From an uncultured bacterium (lineage in GTDB: Bacteria > Patescibacteriota > Minisyncoccia > Phycocordibacterales > PALSA-1337), in NCBI GenBank assembly GCA_903900935.1, contig CAIUOX010000038.1:1-63690 (forward strand): a DNA stretch of 63,690 bases, read 5' to 3'. The notes under the pieces were generated by a model. The model was not told where the DNA came from. It was given only the letters and a program-made list of their open reading frames with translations, and did no database searches. This document shows, piece after piece, positions 46,797 through 55,548 of the stretch (the first letter of the stretch is position 1; the number at the start of each line of letters is the position of its first letter). The translations under genes were made by a program, and so were the position numbers.

Positions 46797-47351
46797 ATGA
46801 CACACAAAACAGTATACGAACTAAATAAGAATTCCTACTCTACTCTCAAGGCTCCTTTGGGATTGAAGAATGCTATGCAGACTCCACGCCTCCTCAAGGT
46901 TGTCGTTTCAAATGGTTTTGGTTCAGTTCGTGACAAAAAGAAAATTGAGCTCATTGCTGATCGTCTTGCAAAGATTACTGGACAGAAGCCAGCGACGCGT
47001 GTAACTAAGAAGGCCATCGCTACATTCAAGACTCGCCAAGGTGATGCGGTTGGTTATCAGATTACTCTTCGTGGCAAGCGTATGTGTGAATTTTTGGACC
47101 GTCTTATCAATGTCGCTCTTCCTCGCACAAAAGACTTCCGTGGTCTTTCACGAACTTCAGTTGATGCTATGGGCAATTACACTCTCGGTATCAAGGAACA
47201 TACTATTTTTCCAGAAACAGCTGATGAAGATTTGAAGGATGTCTTTGGTTTTGCTATCACTATCGTCACCACATCAAACGACAAGAAGAATACTCTAGCA
47301 TTTCTAGAATATCTCGGTATGCCTTTGAAGAGAGAAGAGGTGAAGAAATAA
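46797..47351 (+). CDS. rplE: 50S ribosomal protein L5
   Basis: 184 aa. P.L.KVV.N.G........L......L..ITGQKP; DFRGLS..S.D..GNYTLGI.E..IFPE. Confidence 0.96.
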   Translation: MTHKTVYELNKNSYSTLKAPLGLKNAMQTPRLLKVVVSNGFGSVRDKKKIELIADRLAKITGQKPATRVTKKAIATFKTRQGDAVGYQITLRGKRMCEFLDRLINVALPRTKDFRGLSRTSVDAMGNYTLGIKEHTIFPETADEDLKDVFGFAITIVTTSNDKKNTLAFLEYLGMPLKREEVKK

Positions 47352-47365
47352 GGTTAAATTTCAAT

Positions 47366-47395
47366 GCTTGTAATGTCAAAACTACATTACAAAGC
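47366..47395 (+). terminator. Hairpin directly after rplE
   Basis: GCTTGTAATGT-caaaact-ACATTACAAAGC (one bulge). A T-run follows 10 nt later. Confidence 0.5.
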
Positions 47396-47454
47396 TTAAC
47401 ACTGCTTTTTTCGTTAGTTATCCAACACACGAAAGTTCAAAGAACCTGTAAAAG

Positions 47455-47483
47455 TTGACTCCTTCACAACTATCTGCTAGTAT
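47455..47483 (+). promoter_or_regulatory. Internal promoter candidate ahead of rpsN
   Basis: TTGACT (47455-47460), 17-nt spacer, TAGTAT (47478-47483). Leaves a leader of about 100 nt containing the stem GATTGG...CCAATC. Confidence 0.45.
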
Positions 47484-47588
47484 CTTAAATACCTTAATAA
47501 ATAAGGCTATTAGAGAAAAAAGTGATTGGAAGCACATACCTGAAAGGGGACAGCTAACCAATCCTCATTTCTTTGGAAAAAAATCATT

Positions 47589-47774
47589 ATGGCGAAAACA
47601 TCAGTAATAGTAAGATCACAAAAGACACCGAAGTTTAAGTCGCGTGTAGTTCGTCGTTGTTTCCGTTGTGGTCGTAAGCGTTCATATATGAGAGATTTTG
47701 ATCTATGTCGTATTTGTTTCCGTGAATTTGCAAATGAAGGTGCAATTCCAGGCATAAAGAAGTCTTCATGGTAA
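47589..47774 (+). CDS. rpsN: 30S ribosomal protein S14, type Z (zinc-binding)
   Basis: 61 aa with CxxC...CxxC ([23 protein letters not shown]). Confidence 0.95.
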   Translation: MAKTSVIVRSQKTPKFKSRVVRRCFRCGRKRSYMRDFDLCRICFREFANEGAIPGIKKSSW

Positions 47775-47802
47775 TTTCTGTTTAATTTTTATATACACTA
47801 TT

Positions 47803-48201
47803 ATGGTTACCGATTCTATTTCAGATCTCATCATCCGCTTGAAAAACGGAAGCGACGCCAAGAAAGCGTCAGTTGATGCTACCTATTCGAAGCTTACCGA
47901 AAATATTGCTCATGCTCTCAAGAAGGCAGGATATCTCACTTCTGTCGACAAAAAGAAAGTTGGATCATTCACAAAGACTATTACATTGGGTCTTGTGTAC
48001 GATCTCGAAGGCAATGCTCGTATTCATGGTGTTGAGCGTATTTCAAAGTCATCACGTCGCATATATCAGAAGTCGGCTGATATTCGTATGTATCGCAGTG
48101 GATTTGGCAATACATTTTTTTCTACTCCAAAAGGCATAATGACTGATGGAGAAGCAAAAAAGAACAAGGTTGGCGGAGAAATTCTCTTCAAAATCTGGTA
48201 A
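47803..48201 (+). CDS. rpsH: 30S ribosomal protein S8
   Basis: 132 aa. DSISDLIIRLKNG; C-terminal GGEILFKIW. Confidence 0.95.
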   Translation: MVTDSISDLIIRLKNGSDAKKASVDATYSKLTENIAHALKKAGYLTSVDKKKVGSFTKTITLGLVYDLEGNARIHGVERISKSSRRIYQKSADIRMYRSGFGNTFFSTPKGIMTDGEAKKNKVGGEILFKIW

Positions 48202-48211
48202 TAATAACTAT

Positions 48212-48745
48212 ATGTCAAGAATTGCTAAAAAACCTATTTCTATACCCGCAAAGACAGAAGCTGTATTTTCTGCCGGTATTATCACAGTGAAAGGCCCTTT
48301 TGGTTCTTTGAGTAAGACTATCCGTCCATATATCAATATTGAGATTGCTAACAATGAAATAACCCTCACTCCAAATGGCTCATCACTTCAGACTATGGCA
48401 TTGTGGGGCACATATGCATCTCATATCAAAAATATGCTTGCAGGTGTTCATAAACCATATGAAAAGAGGTTGATAGTTGAAGGTATTGGTTTCAAAGCAG
48501 ATGTTAAGGGTGCCACTCTGGTATTAGCTCTCGGTTTTTCTCACCCTGTCAGTGTTCCTATTCCAAAAGATCTCAAGGTTACTACCGAAAAGAATATGGT
48601 CATCGTATCTGGTATTGACTGTGAAAAAGTTGGTCAGTTCGCGGCGGTTGTTCGTTCTTTGAAGAAGCCAGAACCATATCTTGGAAAGGGTATTCGTTAT
48701 TCAGATGAGGTTATCAGACGTAAGCAGGGTAAGAAGGCTGCATAA
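48212..48745 (+). CDS. rplF: 50S ribosomal protein L6
   Basis: Start moved to MSRIAKKPISIP. C-terminal PEPYLGKGIRY..E. Confidence 0.95.
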   Translation: MSRIAKKPISIPAKTEAVFSAGIITVKGPFGSLSKTIRPYINIEIANNEITLTPNGSSLQTMALWGTYASHIKNMLAGVHKPYEKRLIVEGIGFKADVKGATLVLALGFSHPVSVPIPKDLKVTTEKNMVIVSGIDCEKVGQFAAVVRSLKKPEPYLGKGIRYSDEVIRRKQGKKAA

Positions 48746-48796
48746 AAATGACACGAATCTACGAATAATACGAATGCAACAAATAAAACAAATATT

Positions 48797-49147
48797 ATGA
48801 ACACATTACAGAAAAAACAAGCAGTATTCGCAAGACGCAGGATTCGTATCCGCGCCAAGATTCATGGCACCAAAGAACGTCCTCGTTTGGCTATTTTCAA
48901 GTCCCACAAATATATCTATGCCCAGATCATCAATGATGAAAAAGGTCATACTCTTGTTGCTACTGATTCACGTTCAGTCAAAGGTAAGACTCCTGTTGAG
49001 TGCGCAAAGATGGTTGGTCTCGAAATCGCACAAAAGGCCAAGATCGCAAAAATCACCAAGGTTGTTTTTGATCGTGGAGGATTCTTGTACACAGGCAAAA
49101 TCAAAATGGTCGCTGATTCTGCTCGCGAAGGAGGACTTGAATTCTAA
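48797..49147 (+). CDS. rplR: 50S ribosomal protein L18
   Basis: 116 aa. RRIRIRAKI.GT.ERPRLAIFKS.KYIYAQIIND; FDRGGFLYTGK. Confidence 0.95.
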   Translation: MNTLQKKQAVFARRRIRIRAKIHGTKERPRLAIFKSHKYIYAQIINDEKGHTLVATDSRSVKGKTPVECAKMVGLEIAQKAKIAKITKVVFDRGGFLYTGKIKMVADSAREGGLEF

Positions 49148-49161
49148 TTTTTAATAAACAT

Positions 49162-49911
49162 ATGACAGCAAAAGATATAAAAACAAATAAGAATACAGCC
49201 CCAACTGATGGATCAGTACATGTAAAAATTCCTGCTACTGGAGTTGATGTATCGGCTATTATCTCTGAGACAGTTATTGATCCTACAGCAGCTGCAGGTA
49301 TGCCTACTTCTGATTTAAAGATTACTCCTGGTCGCAAGATGCGTGGTGACCCAGCTCGTCGTGGCAGTCACAGTGGTCCAACAGGATCTCGTGGTGGAGG
49401 TCGTGGTGGCCGTGAAGGAGGCAATCGTGAGCGCGTAAAGCCAGAATTTGATTCAAAGATTATTGATATTCGTCGTGTTACTCGTGTGACGACTGGTGGT
49501 CGTCGTATGAACTTCAGTGTTGCTGTTGTCGCTGGTGATCGCAAAGGGCGTGTTGGTGTTGGTTTGGGCAAGAGTATTGATACTGCTTCTGCAGTCGACA
49601 AAGCTACTCGCTCTGCAAAGAAAAATCTCATCAAGGTTCCATTGTCAGCTCAGATGACTATACCTCATGCTGTTGAAGCAAAGTATGCAAGTGCTCGCAT
49701 TATGATTTTCCCTGCTCGTGGTCGTGGTGTTGTGGCAGGATCATCAGCTCGCGCTGTTATTGAGCTCGCAGGTATCAAGGATGTTTGCGCAAAGTTCCTT
49801 TCAGGAAGTAAAAATCGCTTGAATAACGCTCGTGCTACTATCGTTGCTCTCCAGAAATTGAGCAAGGTCAATCGTGCAACTCTCAATATTCATAAAGAAC
49901 ATAGTAAATAA
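49162..49911 (+). CDS. rpsE: 30S ribosomal protein S5 with an N-terminal extension of about 90 aa that includes an RGG-rich tract
   Basis: The core IDIRRVTRVTTGGRRMNFSVAVVAGDRKGRVGVGLGKS starts near residue 100. It is preceded by ...RGSHSGPTGSRGGGRGGREGGNRER. Confidence 0.94.
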   Translation: MTAKDIKTNKNTAPTDGSVHVKIPATGVDVSAIISETVIDPTAAAGMPTSDLKITPGRKMRGDPARRGSHSGPTGSRGGGRGGREGGNRERVKPEFDSKIIDIRRVTRVTTGGRRMNFSVAVVAGDRKGRVGVGLGKSIDTASAVDKATRSAKKNLIKVPLSAQMTIPHAVEAKYASARIMIFPARGRGVVAGSSARAVIELAGIKDVCAKFLSGSKNRLNNARATIVALQKLSKVNRATLNIHKEHSK

Positions 49912-49916
49912 ATCCC

Positions 49917-50546
49917 ATGCAAACCAATCAACTACAACGTAAGACACCCAATATGAAGCGCGTTATCGTCGCTCGTGGTGGTAAGCGTGGCAAGACTGCT
50001 GGCCGTGGAGGCAAGGGTCAGTCTGCTCGTGCTGGAAATAAGCGTCGTCCAGAATGGCGCGATATTATCAAGAAACTCCCAAAGTTGCGCGGTCGTGGTG
50101 TCAATCAAAACAAAGCTTTTGCCGAAAAGCCTGTAATTATCAATGTTGATGTGCTTGAAGCGGTCTTTTCAACAGGAGATGCTATTACTCCTGCAATCCT
50201 TATAGAAAGGGGTATTGTCTCAACAATGTCTGGTCGCATTCCTTGGATGAAGATCCTTGGTGAAGGAGAAGTTACAAAAGCCTTCAAGATTTCAGGCCTA
50301 TCTATCTCTGAGTCAGCGCATGAAAAGATAAAGAAAGCTGGAGGAAGTGTAGAAATCACTGCTTCTCAAATAGCCTCAAACAAAGTTACTGCTACTCGTT
50401 CTGCTCAAGCAAAAGTAATGCCTATAGAAACTCCTACCAAGGTAGAGAAAAAAGCAAAAGTTGCTAAGCCTACGGCAATAAAAGCTGAAAAGGTAGAGAA
50501 AAAAGCAAAAGTAGTTCCTACAAAGAAACCAACGAAGGCCAAATAA
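49917..50546 (+). CDS. rplO: 50S ribosomal protein L15 with a Lys-rich repetitive C-terminal extension
   Basis: N-terminal GGKRGKTAGRGGKGQ.AR.G. The tail contains two copies of KVEKKAKV, encoded by a 23-nt perfect repeat at 50439-50461 and 50490-50512. Confidence 0.93.
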   Translation: MQTNQLQRKTPNMKRVIVARGGKRGKTAGRGGKGQSARAGNKRRPEWRDIIKKLPKLRGRGVNQNKAFAEKPVIINVDVLEAVFSTGDAITPAILIERGIVSTMSGRIPWMKILGEGEVTKAFKISGLSISESAHEKIKKAGGSVEITASQIASNKVTATRSAQAKVMPIETPTKVEKKAKVAKPTAIKAEKVEKKAKVVPTKKPTKAK

Positions 50547-50577
50547 TAACAATAGATGCACGTACTAGATAAATGAT

Positions 50578-51849
50578 ATGAAAAACTTTTTTGAAAAAAT
50601 CAGTATAGCTCTCAAAGATACAGTATTACGTAAGCGCATTGCTTTTACTGTCATCGCTTTAGTTTTGTTTCGTATGTTGGCTACTATTCCAATTCCAGGA
50701 GTAGATGTTGCAAGCCTCACAAAGCTTCTTAGTTCAAGCCAGTTTTTTGGTTTTTTGAATATTTTTTCTGGTGGAGGTATATCAAATCTCTCAATTGTGA
50801 TGTTGGGTGTTGGTCCATTTATTACTGCTTCTATTATTATCCAATTGCTTACAATGATTTTCCCAAAATGGAAGGCATTGTTACAGGATGAAGGTGAAGC
50901 TGGTCGCAATAAACTCTCAAATTATTCACGTCTTTTGGGTGCTCCACTCGCAATTCTCCAATCAGTTGGTTTTATTCTACTCTTACAGTCTCAGGGAGTA
51001 TTGCCACAACTTACTTCATTCAATTTAGTTATTAATGTCATTGTTGTTTCTGCTGGTTCAATATTGCTTATGTGGATCGGTGAGCTCATATCAGAGTTTG
51101 GTATTGGCAATGGTGTATCTCTGATAATTTTTGCTGGTATCGTATCTCGTCTTCCAAATGATTTCATGCAGTTTATTGCAGGATATGATGCAGCAAATAT
51201 GCCTATGTATATTGCAGCAGTAGTTGTAGCTCTTGTTGTTATTGCTGGTGTCGTCTTTATTACTGAAGCTGAACGCTCAGTTCCTGTCACATATGCCAAG
51301 CAGGTGAGAGGTAACAAAGTTTATGGAGGTGCTTCCACTTATCTTCCATTGCGCTTGAATCAAGCAGGAGTTATCCCTATCATTTTTGCACTCTCTATTC
51401 TTTTATTCCCTCAAATCATATCAAATTCATTGGCCCATGCCTCAAATGCAATAATTGCAAGTTATGCAACAGCATTTACCATATTCTTCAACAACCCTAT
51501 AGTTTATGGAGCATCATATTTTGTCCTTGTTGTATTGTTTACGTATTTCTACACTGCAGTTACTTTTGATCCAAAGCAGATTTCTGAAAATCTTCAGCGC
51601 TCTGGAGCATTCATTCCTGGTGTACGTCCTGGTGATCATACACGTGATTATCTTGGAAATATTGTTACACGCATCACGCTCTTTGGTGCATTATTCCTTG
51701 GTGTTATTGCAGTCTTGCCACTTGCGATGCAGGCATTTACTTCAAATAAGTCTCTCGCTATCGGTGGTACAGCCCTCCTTATCGTCGTTTCAGTAGTTCT
51801 TGATCTGTTGAAGAAGATTGATGCTCAGGTCTCAATGCGTGAATACTAA
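50578..51849 (+). CDS. secY: Preprotein translocase subunit SecY
   Basis: 423 aa with 10 TM segments. GVGPFITASIIIQLL, GIGNGVSLIIFAGI. Confidence 0.96.
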   Translation: MKNFFEKISIALKDTVLRKRIAFTVIALVLFRMLATIPIPGVDVASLTKLLSSSQFFGFLNIFSGGGISNLSIVMLGVGPFITASIIIQLLTMIFPKWKALLQDEGEAGRNKLSNYSRLLGAPLAILQSVGFILLLQSQGVLPQLTSFNLVINVIVVSAGSILLMWIGELISEFGIGNGVSLIIFAGIVSRLPNDFMQFIAGYDAANMPMYIAAVVVALVVIAGVVFITEAERSVPVTYAKQVRGNKVYGGASTYLPLRLNQAGVIPIIFALSILLFPQIISNSLAHASNAIIASYATAFTIFFNNPIVYGASYFVLVVLFTYFYTAVTFDPKQISENLQRSGAFIPGVRPGDHTRDYLGNIVTRITLFGALFLGVIAVLPLAMQAFTSNKSLAIGGTALLIVVSVVLDLLKKIDAQVSMREY

Positions 51850-51989
51850 AATAAGATTTGGTTTAGTGGGCATGAATGTATTATTCAAGAAGAGCGCCGA
51901 GGCGCTCTTCTTGTTTGTTGACTTACATATAGTACGGGTGTAGTTTTCTATATAGATATCTAATAGGTGCTAATTGAAAACTTTGAATT

Positions 51990-52529
51990 ATGAATACATA
52001 CAAGCTGTTATTGTGGGCTCATAAGGTTGGCCACATTCCTGCATATATGCCAGAACGTTGGTCGTCAGTGAATAGGTCTCTAAATCCATGCTCTCAGATG
52101 CAAAGTTATGTAAACAAGGTTCGTTTGCTTAATCGTGTTTTGCTGTTGTCTGTGTTTTGTTGCATATTTAGTCTCGGACTTATGTGCTATGGGCTACAAC
52201 AATGTAGTCTTGCATTCATTTTAATTTCCAGCTGTCTGTTCACGATCTTTCTCAGCTTTTCATTAAGCATTGGACGTTTGCGCTTCATAAAATTGCAGGT
52301 TCCAGATTCTTGGAACAAATACGTTCAGGATCTCGATAACTTCATGTTGGGTTTTTGTATCAGTGACATTTCGTGCTTTGACGAATATCCTGATCCTCAT
52401 CTACTGCAATTGGTCATTACCAATCGATTCAAAGATCATGACGTCGTAGTGTCGTTGAATAAAACGATAAAACTGCGTAGTTTTGCATTTGAGTTTGGCT
52501 TTACGGAGAAGTGGAATGATCATCCATAA
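51990..52529 (+). CDS. Hypothetical membrane protein
   Basis: 179 aa with two central TM helices. No family recognised. Inserted between secY and adk. Confidence 0.45.
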   Translation: MNTYKLLLWAHKVGHIPAYMPERWSSVNRSLNPCSQMQSYVNKVRLLNRVLLLSVFCCIFSLGLMCYGLQQCSLAFILISSCLFTIFLSFSLSIGRLRFIKLQVPDSWNKYVQDLDNFMLGFCISDISCFDEYPDPHLLQLVITNRFKDHDVVVSLNKTIKLRSFAFEFGFTEKWNDHP

Positions 52530-52693
52530 AGTCTCAAGCCAAAAGAAAGTGTGACTCATCTTACGAACCCTATTGCTCGATGCAATGGGGTTTTTACTTA
52601 TCCGAGGTTTACACCCAATGATATTATTCAGGATATACTTTGTATGCCTGTCATTTATTTGGAAATTTTACGCTGGCAAGGTACACTAGTTTC

Positions 52694-53299
52694 ATGAAAC
52701 CTCAATCATTTATATTTATGGGTCGTTATGGATCAGGAAAAGGCACACAATCTGCATTGCTTATAGAGTTATTGAAGAAAAAAGATCCAAGTAGAACTTC
52801 TTTGTATATACAAACTGGCCAAGAGTTTCGTCAATACACAAAAGAAACATCGTATACCGCTTTTTTGACGAAAAAGATGATTGAAGACGGCAATCTTATG
52901 CCAGAATTTATGTGTGTTTATTTGTGGGGCAGATTGATTGCCGAAAGATACACTGGTTTAGAATATCTGATATTTGATGGAACACCACGAAAACTCATGG
53001 AAGCACATTTACTTGAAACTATCTTTCCATTTTATGGTTTGGAAAATCCTTGGGTCATATATCTAAATATCAAACATGAAGAAGCAAGCAATCGTCTAGC
53101 AATTCGAGCACGTTCAAGTGGTCGTCCAGATGATGGAAAGGATCAGGTTGAGATCAGACACAAAGCATATGAGTCTGATATTCTGCCAAGCATAGAATAT
53201 TATCGCACCAATCCAAATGTACGTTTTTTGGATATTGATGGAGATCGTTCCATTGAAGCCATTCATGCAGATATTGTAAAAAAGCTAGGGCTCGTATAA
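52694..53299 (+). CDS. adk: Adenylate kinase (short-lid type)
   Basis: Start moved to MKPQSFIFMGRYGSGKGTQ (P-loop). FDGTPR; RPDD. TACACT lies 6 nt before the ATG. Confidence 0.88.
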   Translation: MKPQSFIFMGRYGSGKGTQSALLIELLKKKDPSRTSLYIQTGQEFRQYTKETSYTAFLTKKMIEDGNLMPEFMCVYLWGRLIAERYTGLEYLIFDGTPRKLMEAHLLETIFPFYGLENPWVIYLNIKHEEASNRLAIRARSSGRPDDGKDQVEIRHKAYESDILPSIEYYRTNPNVRFLDIDGDRSIEAIHADIVKKLGLV

Positions 53300-53386
53300 T
53301 ACAAATAGACAGACAATATCTATTTTGAGATTATGTGATTATTTTTTGCATTCGCATTATTCATAGATTCGTATTATATTGTTTAT

Positions 53387-54154
53387 ATGATTCGTATCAA
53401 GAAAAAAGAAGATATAGTGATTCTTCGAGAAGGAGGCAAGCGCCACGCAACAATCCTCAGAGAATTGGCGACCATGATACATCCTGGAGTGCGTACAACA
53501 GAGCTAAATGACCGTGCAATGCAATTGATCGCTGAAGGTGGAGATACTGCGGCTTTCTTAAATTATCAGCCCTACGGTGCAAAACGACCCTATCCTGCGG
53601 CATTGTGTGTGTCTATCAATGATGAGATCGTCCACGGTATACCAAATGAAAATGATCGTGAATTGAAAGAAGGCGACATAGTCAGTCTTGATCTTGGTTT
53701 GATTCACAAGGGAATGATTACTGATGCGGCGATTACCATTCCTGTTGGAAATATCTCATCTGATTGCAAACATCTGCTTGAAGTTACCAAAGAAGCTCTC
53801 ATGGCAGGAATAAAGGCCGCCAAGGGTGGTCGTAGAGTCGGTGATATTAGCAGTGCAATTGAGCGTGTTGGTGTAGCAAATAAATATGGCATTGTAGAAG
53901 ATCTGGCTGGTCATGGTGTCGGTTATGAGGTCCATGAAGATCCTTACGTGCCCAATTACGGTGACCCTGGAATAGGTGAGACATTGAAACCTGGGATGGT
54001 CATTGCTATTGAACCAATGTTCAATATTGGAACAAAAAAGATAAAACTTGATAAAGATGGATATACATATCGTACTGCTGACGGTAAGCCCAGTGCGCAT
54101 TTTGAGCATACTGTAGTCATCACAAAGAGTGGTGCAGAAATTTTAACGATATAG
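53387..54154 (+). CDS. map: Methionine aminopeptidase, type I
   Basis: 255 aa. VHGIPN, SLDLG, GHGVG...HE.P, IEPM, EHTV. Confidence 0.95.
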   Translation: MIRIKKKEDIVILREGGKRHATILRELATMIHPGVRTTELNDRAMQLIAEGGDTAAFLNYQPYGAKRPYPAALCVSINDEIVHGIPNENDRELKEGDIVSLDLGLIHKGMITDAAITIPVGNISSDCKHLLEVTKEALMAGIKAAKGGRRVGDISSAIERVGVANKYGIVEDLAGHGVGYEVHEDPYVPNYGDPGIGETLKPGMVIAIEPMFNIGTKKIKLDKDGYTYRTADGKPSAHFEHTVVITKSGAEILTI

Positions 54155-54220
54155 ATATGACAAATAAGAATATTCAGTCATGTTCTTGCCCTACAACACT
54201 TTTATTCATATAATAACTTT

Positions 54221-54829
54221 ATGAAATCACACCCAAAATTTGAGCGCACATTGGTAATAGTAAAGCCAGATGGTATTCAGCGTGGATTGATAGGAGAAGT
54301 AATGGGGCGTTATGAGCGTGTTGGTCTCAAGCTTGTAGGAATCAAAATGTTATTGCCTACCAGAGAATTAATTGAACAGCATTATACATTGGACCCTGAG
54401 TGGCGCATGAAGACAGGATTGAAAACTATAAAAGGATATCATGACAAGGGTATGACTCCACCAGAATCTGATCCTCTCAAAGTTACTGCAATCGTCTTGA
54501 AGAATTTGGCTGACTATATGACAAAAAGTCCTGTTATTGCAATGGTATGGGAAGGTGCTCATGCGGTTGCGATAGTACGCAAATTGACCGGAGGAACAGA
54601 ACCACTTACATCAGATGTTGGAACTATCAGAGGTGACTTTGTGCTTGATTCATATTCAATGAGTGACAATGACAATCGTGTAGTTCGCAATCTTGTTCAT
54701 GCTTCTGGGTCTGTCAAAGAAGCTAAAGATGAGATTATCCACTGGTTCAAAAAAGGAGAGTTGTTTGATTACAGCCTTTTCATTGAGAAAATTACGTATG
54801 GTACTGATTTGGGAGGAATTCTTGGATAA
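54221..54829 (+). CDS. ndk: Nucleoside-diphosphate kinase (long form with internal insertion)
   Basis: ERTLVIVKPDGIQRGLIGEV..R.E..GLK.VG.KM; GTIRGDF; catalytic His in NLVHASGS. 202 aa, versus about 140-150 aa typically. Confidence 0.85.
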   Translation: MKSHPKFERTLVIVKPDGIQRGLIGEVMGRYERVGLKLVGIKMLLPTRELIEQHYTLDPEWRMKTGLKTIKGYHDKGMTPPESDPLKVTAIVLKNLADYMTKSPVIAMVWEGAHAVAIVRKLTGGTEPLTSDVGTIRGDFVLDSYSMSDNDNRVVRNLVHASGSVKEAKDEIIHWFKKGELFDYSLFIEKITYGTDLGGILG

Positions 54830-54879
54830 CAACACATTGTTGCTCGAAACAAAAACCAGTGTTCAAACGTATTGTGCAC

Positions 54880-54907
54880 TTGCGACTCATATTGGGAGGC
54901 ATATAAT
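54880..54907 (+). promoter_or_regulatory. Promoter candidate
   Basis: TTGCGA (54880-54885), 16-nt spacer, TATAAT (54902-54907). Confidence 0.45.
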
Positions 54908-54913
54908 ATATTT

Positions 54914-55067
54914 AGGCTGCAGGAGTAAAATCCTACAAAACACATTTTTAGGGAGATCAAATTCGCAGGCACCTTGGTGCTCTGTGTGAGATTACCCACC
55001 TGGACTACCAGGTACATTACTCTTGCAACCCACAAAACACATCTCATTGAGGTGTTTTTTGTTTTTT
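54914..55067 (+). ncRNA. Candidate small RNA, identity unknown
   Basis: About 150 nt between the promoter above and a terminator (ACAC[AT]CTC-att-GAGGTGT plus T5GT6, 55034-55067). Internal hairpins AGGA-guaaaa-UCCU, GCACC-uug-GUGC and ACCUGG-acua-CCAGGU. Only overlapping junk ORFs on both strands. Confidence 0.35.
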
Positions 55068-55172
55068 GATTTTTTGCATAACACTTATATCTTAATACAA
55101 GTGTTGCAATTGATTATTGAACTCGGGTGGTTATCTTTGGTCTTATTCATGGTATTCACGTATAATATATCA

Positions 55173-55538
55173 ATGAAAATATATCTTTATGTACTACTAG
55201 GAGCAATAATTACACTAGTAGCGCACATGGCAGGAATCAATGGGTTTTATTACACAATATTTCAGTATGATATTTATATGCATATATTGGGTGGTATAAC
55301 TATTGGATTGTTTTTGTATGCACTCATTTCATCATTTAAGTTGGATTTACTAAATAAACGCAGAAATATAATTTTTGGTGTTTTTATTATAGGTATTATT
55401 TGGGAATTGTTTGAAGCTTATTATAATATTGCAGGTGCTCCAATAGGAACAAAAGCATATTATATAGATACAATCAAAGATTTGATCAACGATATTATCG
55501 GAGGAACTGTTATAGCTTTTTTATTCATAAAAAAATAG
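55173..55538 (+). CDS. Hypothetical polytopic membrane protein
   Basis: Start moved to MKIYLYVLLGAII. TATAAT at 55161-55166 lies 6 nt before the ATG. 4 TM helices. Confidence 0.55.
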   Translation: MKIYLYVLLGAIITLVAHMAGINGFYYTIFQYDIYMHILGGITIGLFLYALISSFKLDLLNKRRNIIFGVFIIGIIWELFEAYYNIAGAPIGTKAYYIDTIKDLINDIIGGTVIAFLFIKK

Positions 55539-55548
55539 ATTATATACG

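Noticed and set aside
47521-47532. 12-nt identity (GAAGCACATACC) between the rpsN leader and the left arm of the 58152 inverted repeat.
   Set aside because: Hundreds of chance 12-mer matches are expected in a 64-kb window when both strands are considered. The flanks do not extend the match.
50439-50512. 23-nt perfect direct repeat (AAGGTAGAGAAAAAAGCAAAAGT, two copies).
   Set aside because: It lies in frame within the rplO tail and encodes the duplicated KVEKKAKV peptide. It is a coding duplication, not a regulatory or mobile repeat. It is mentioned under the r-protein extensions.
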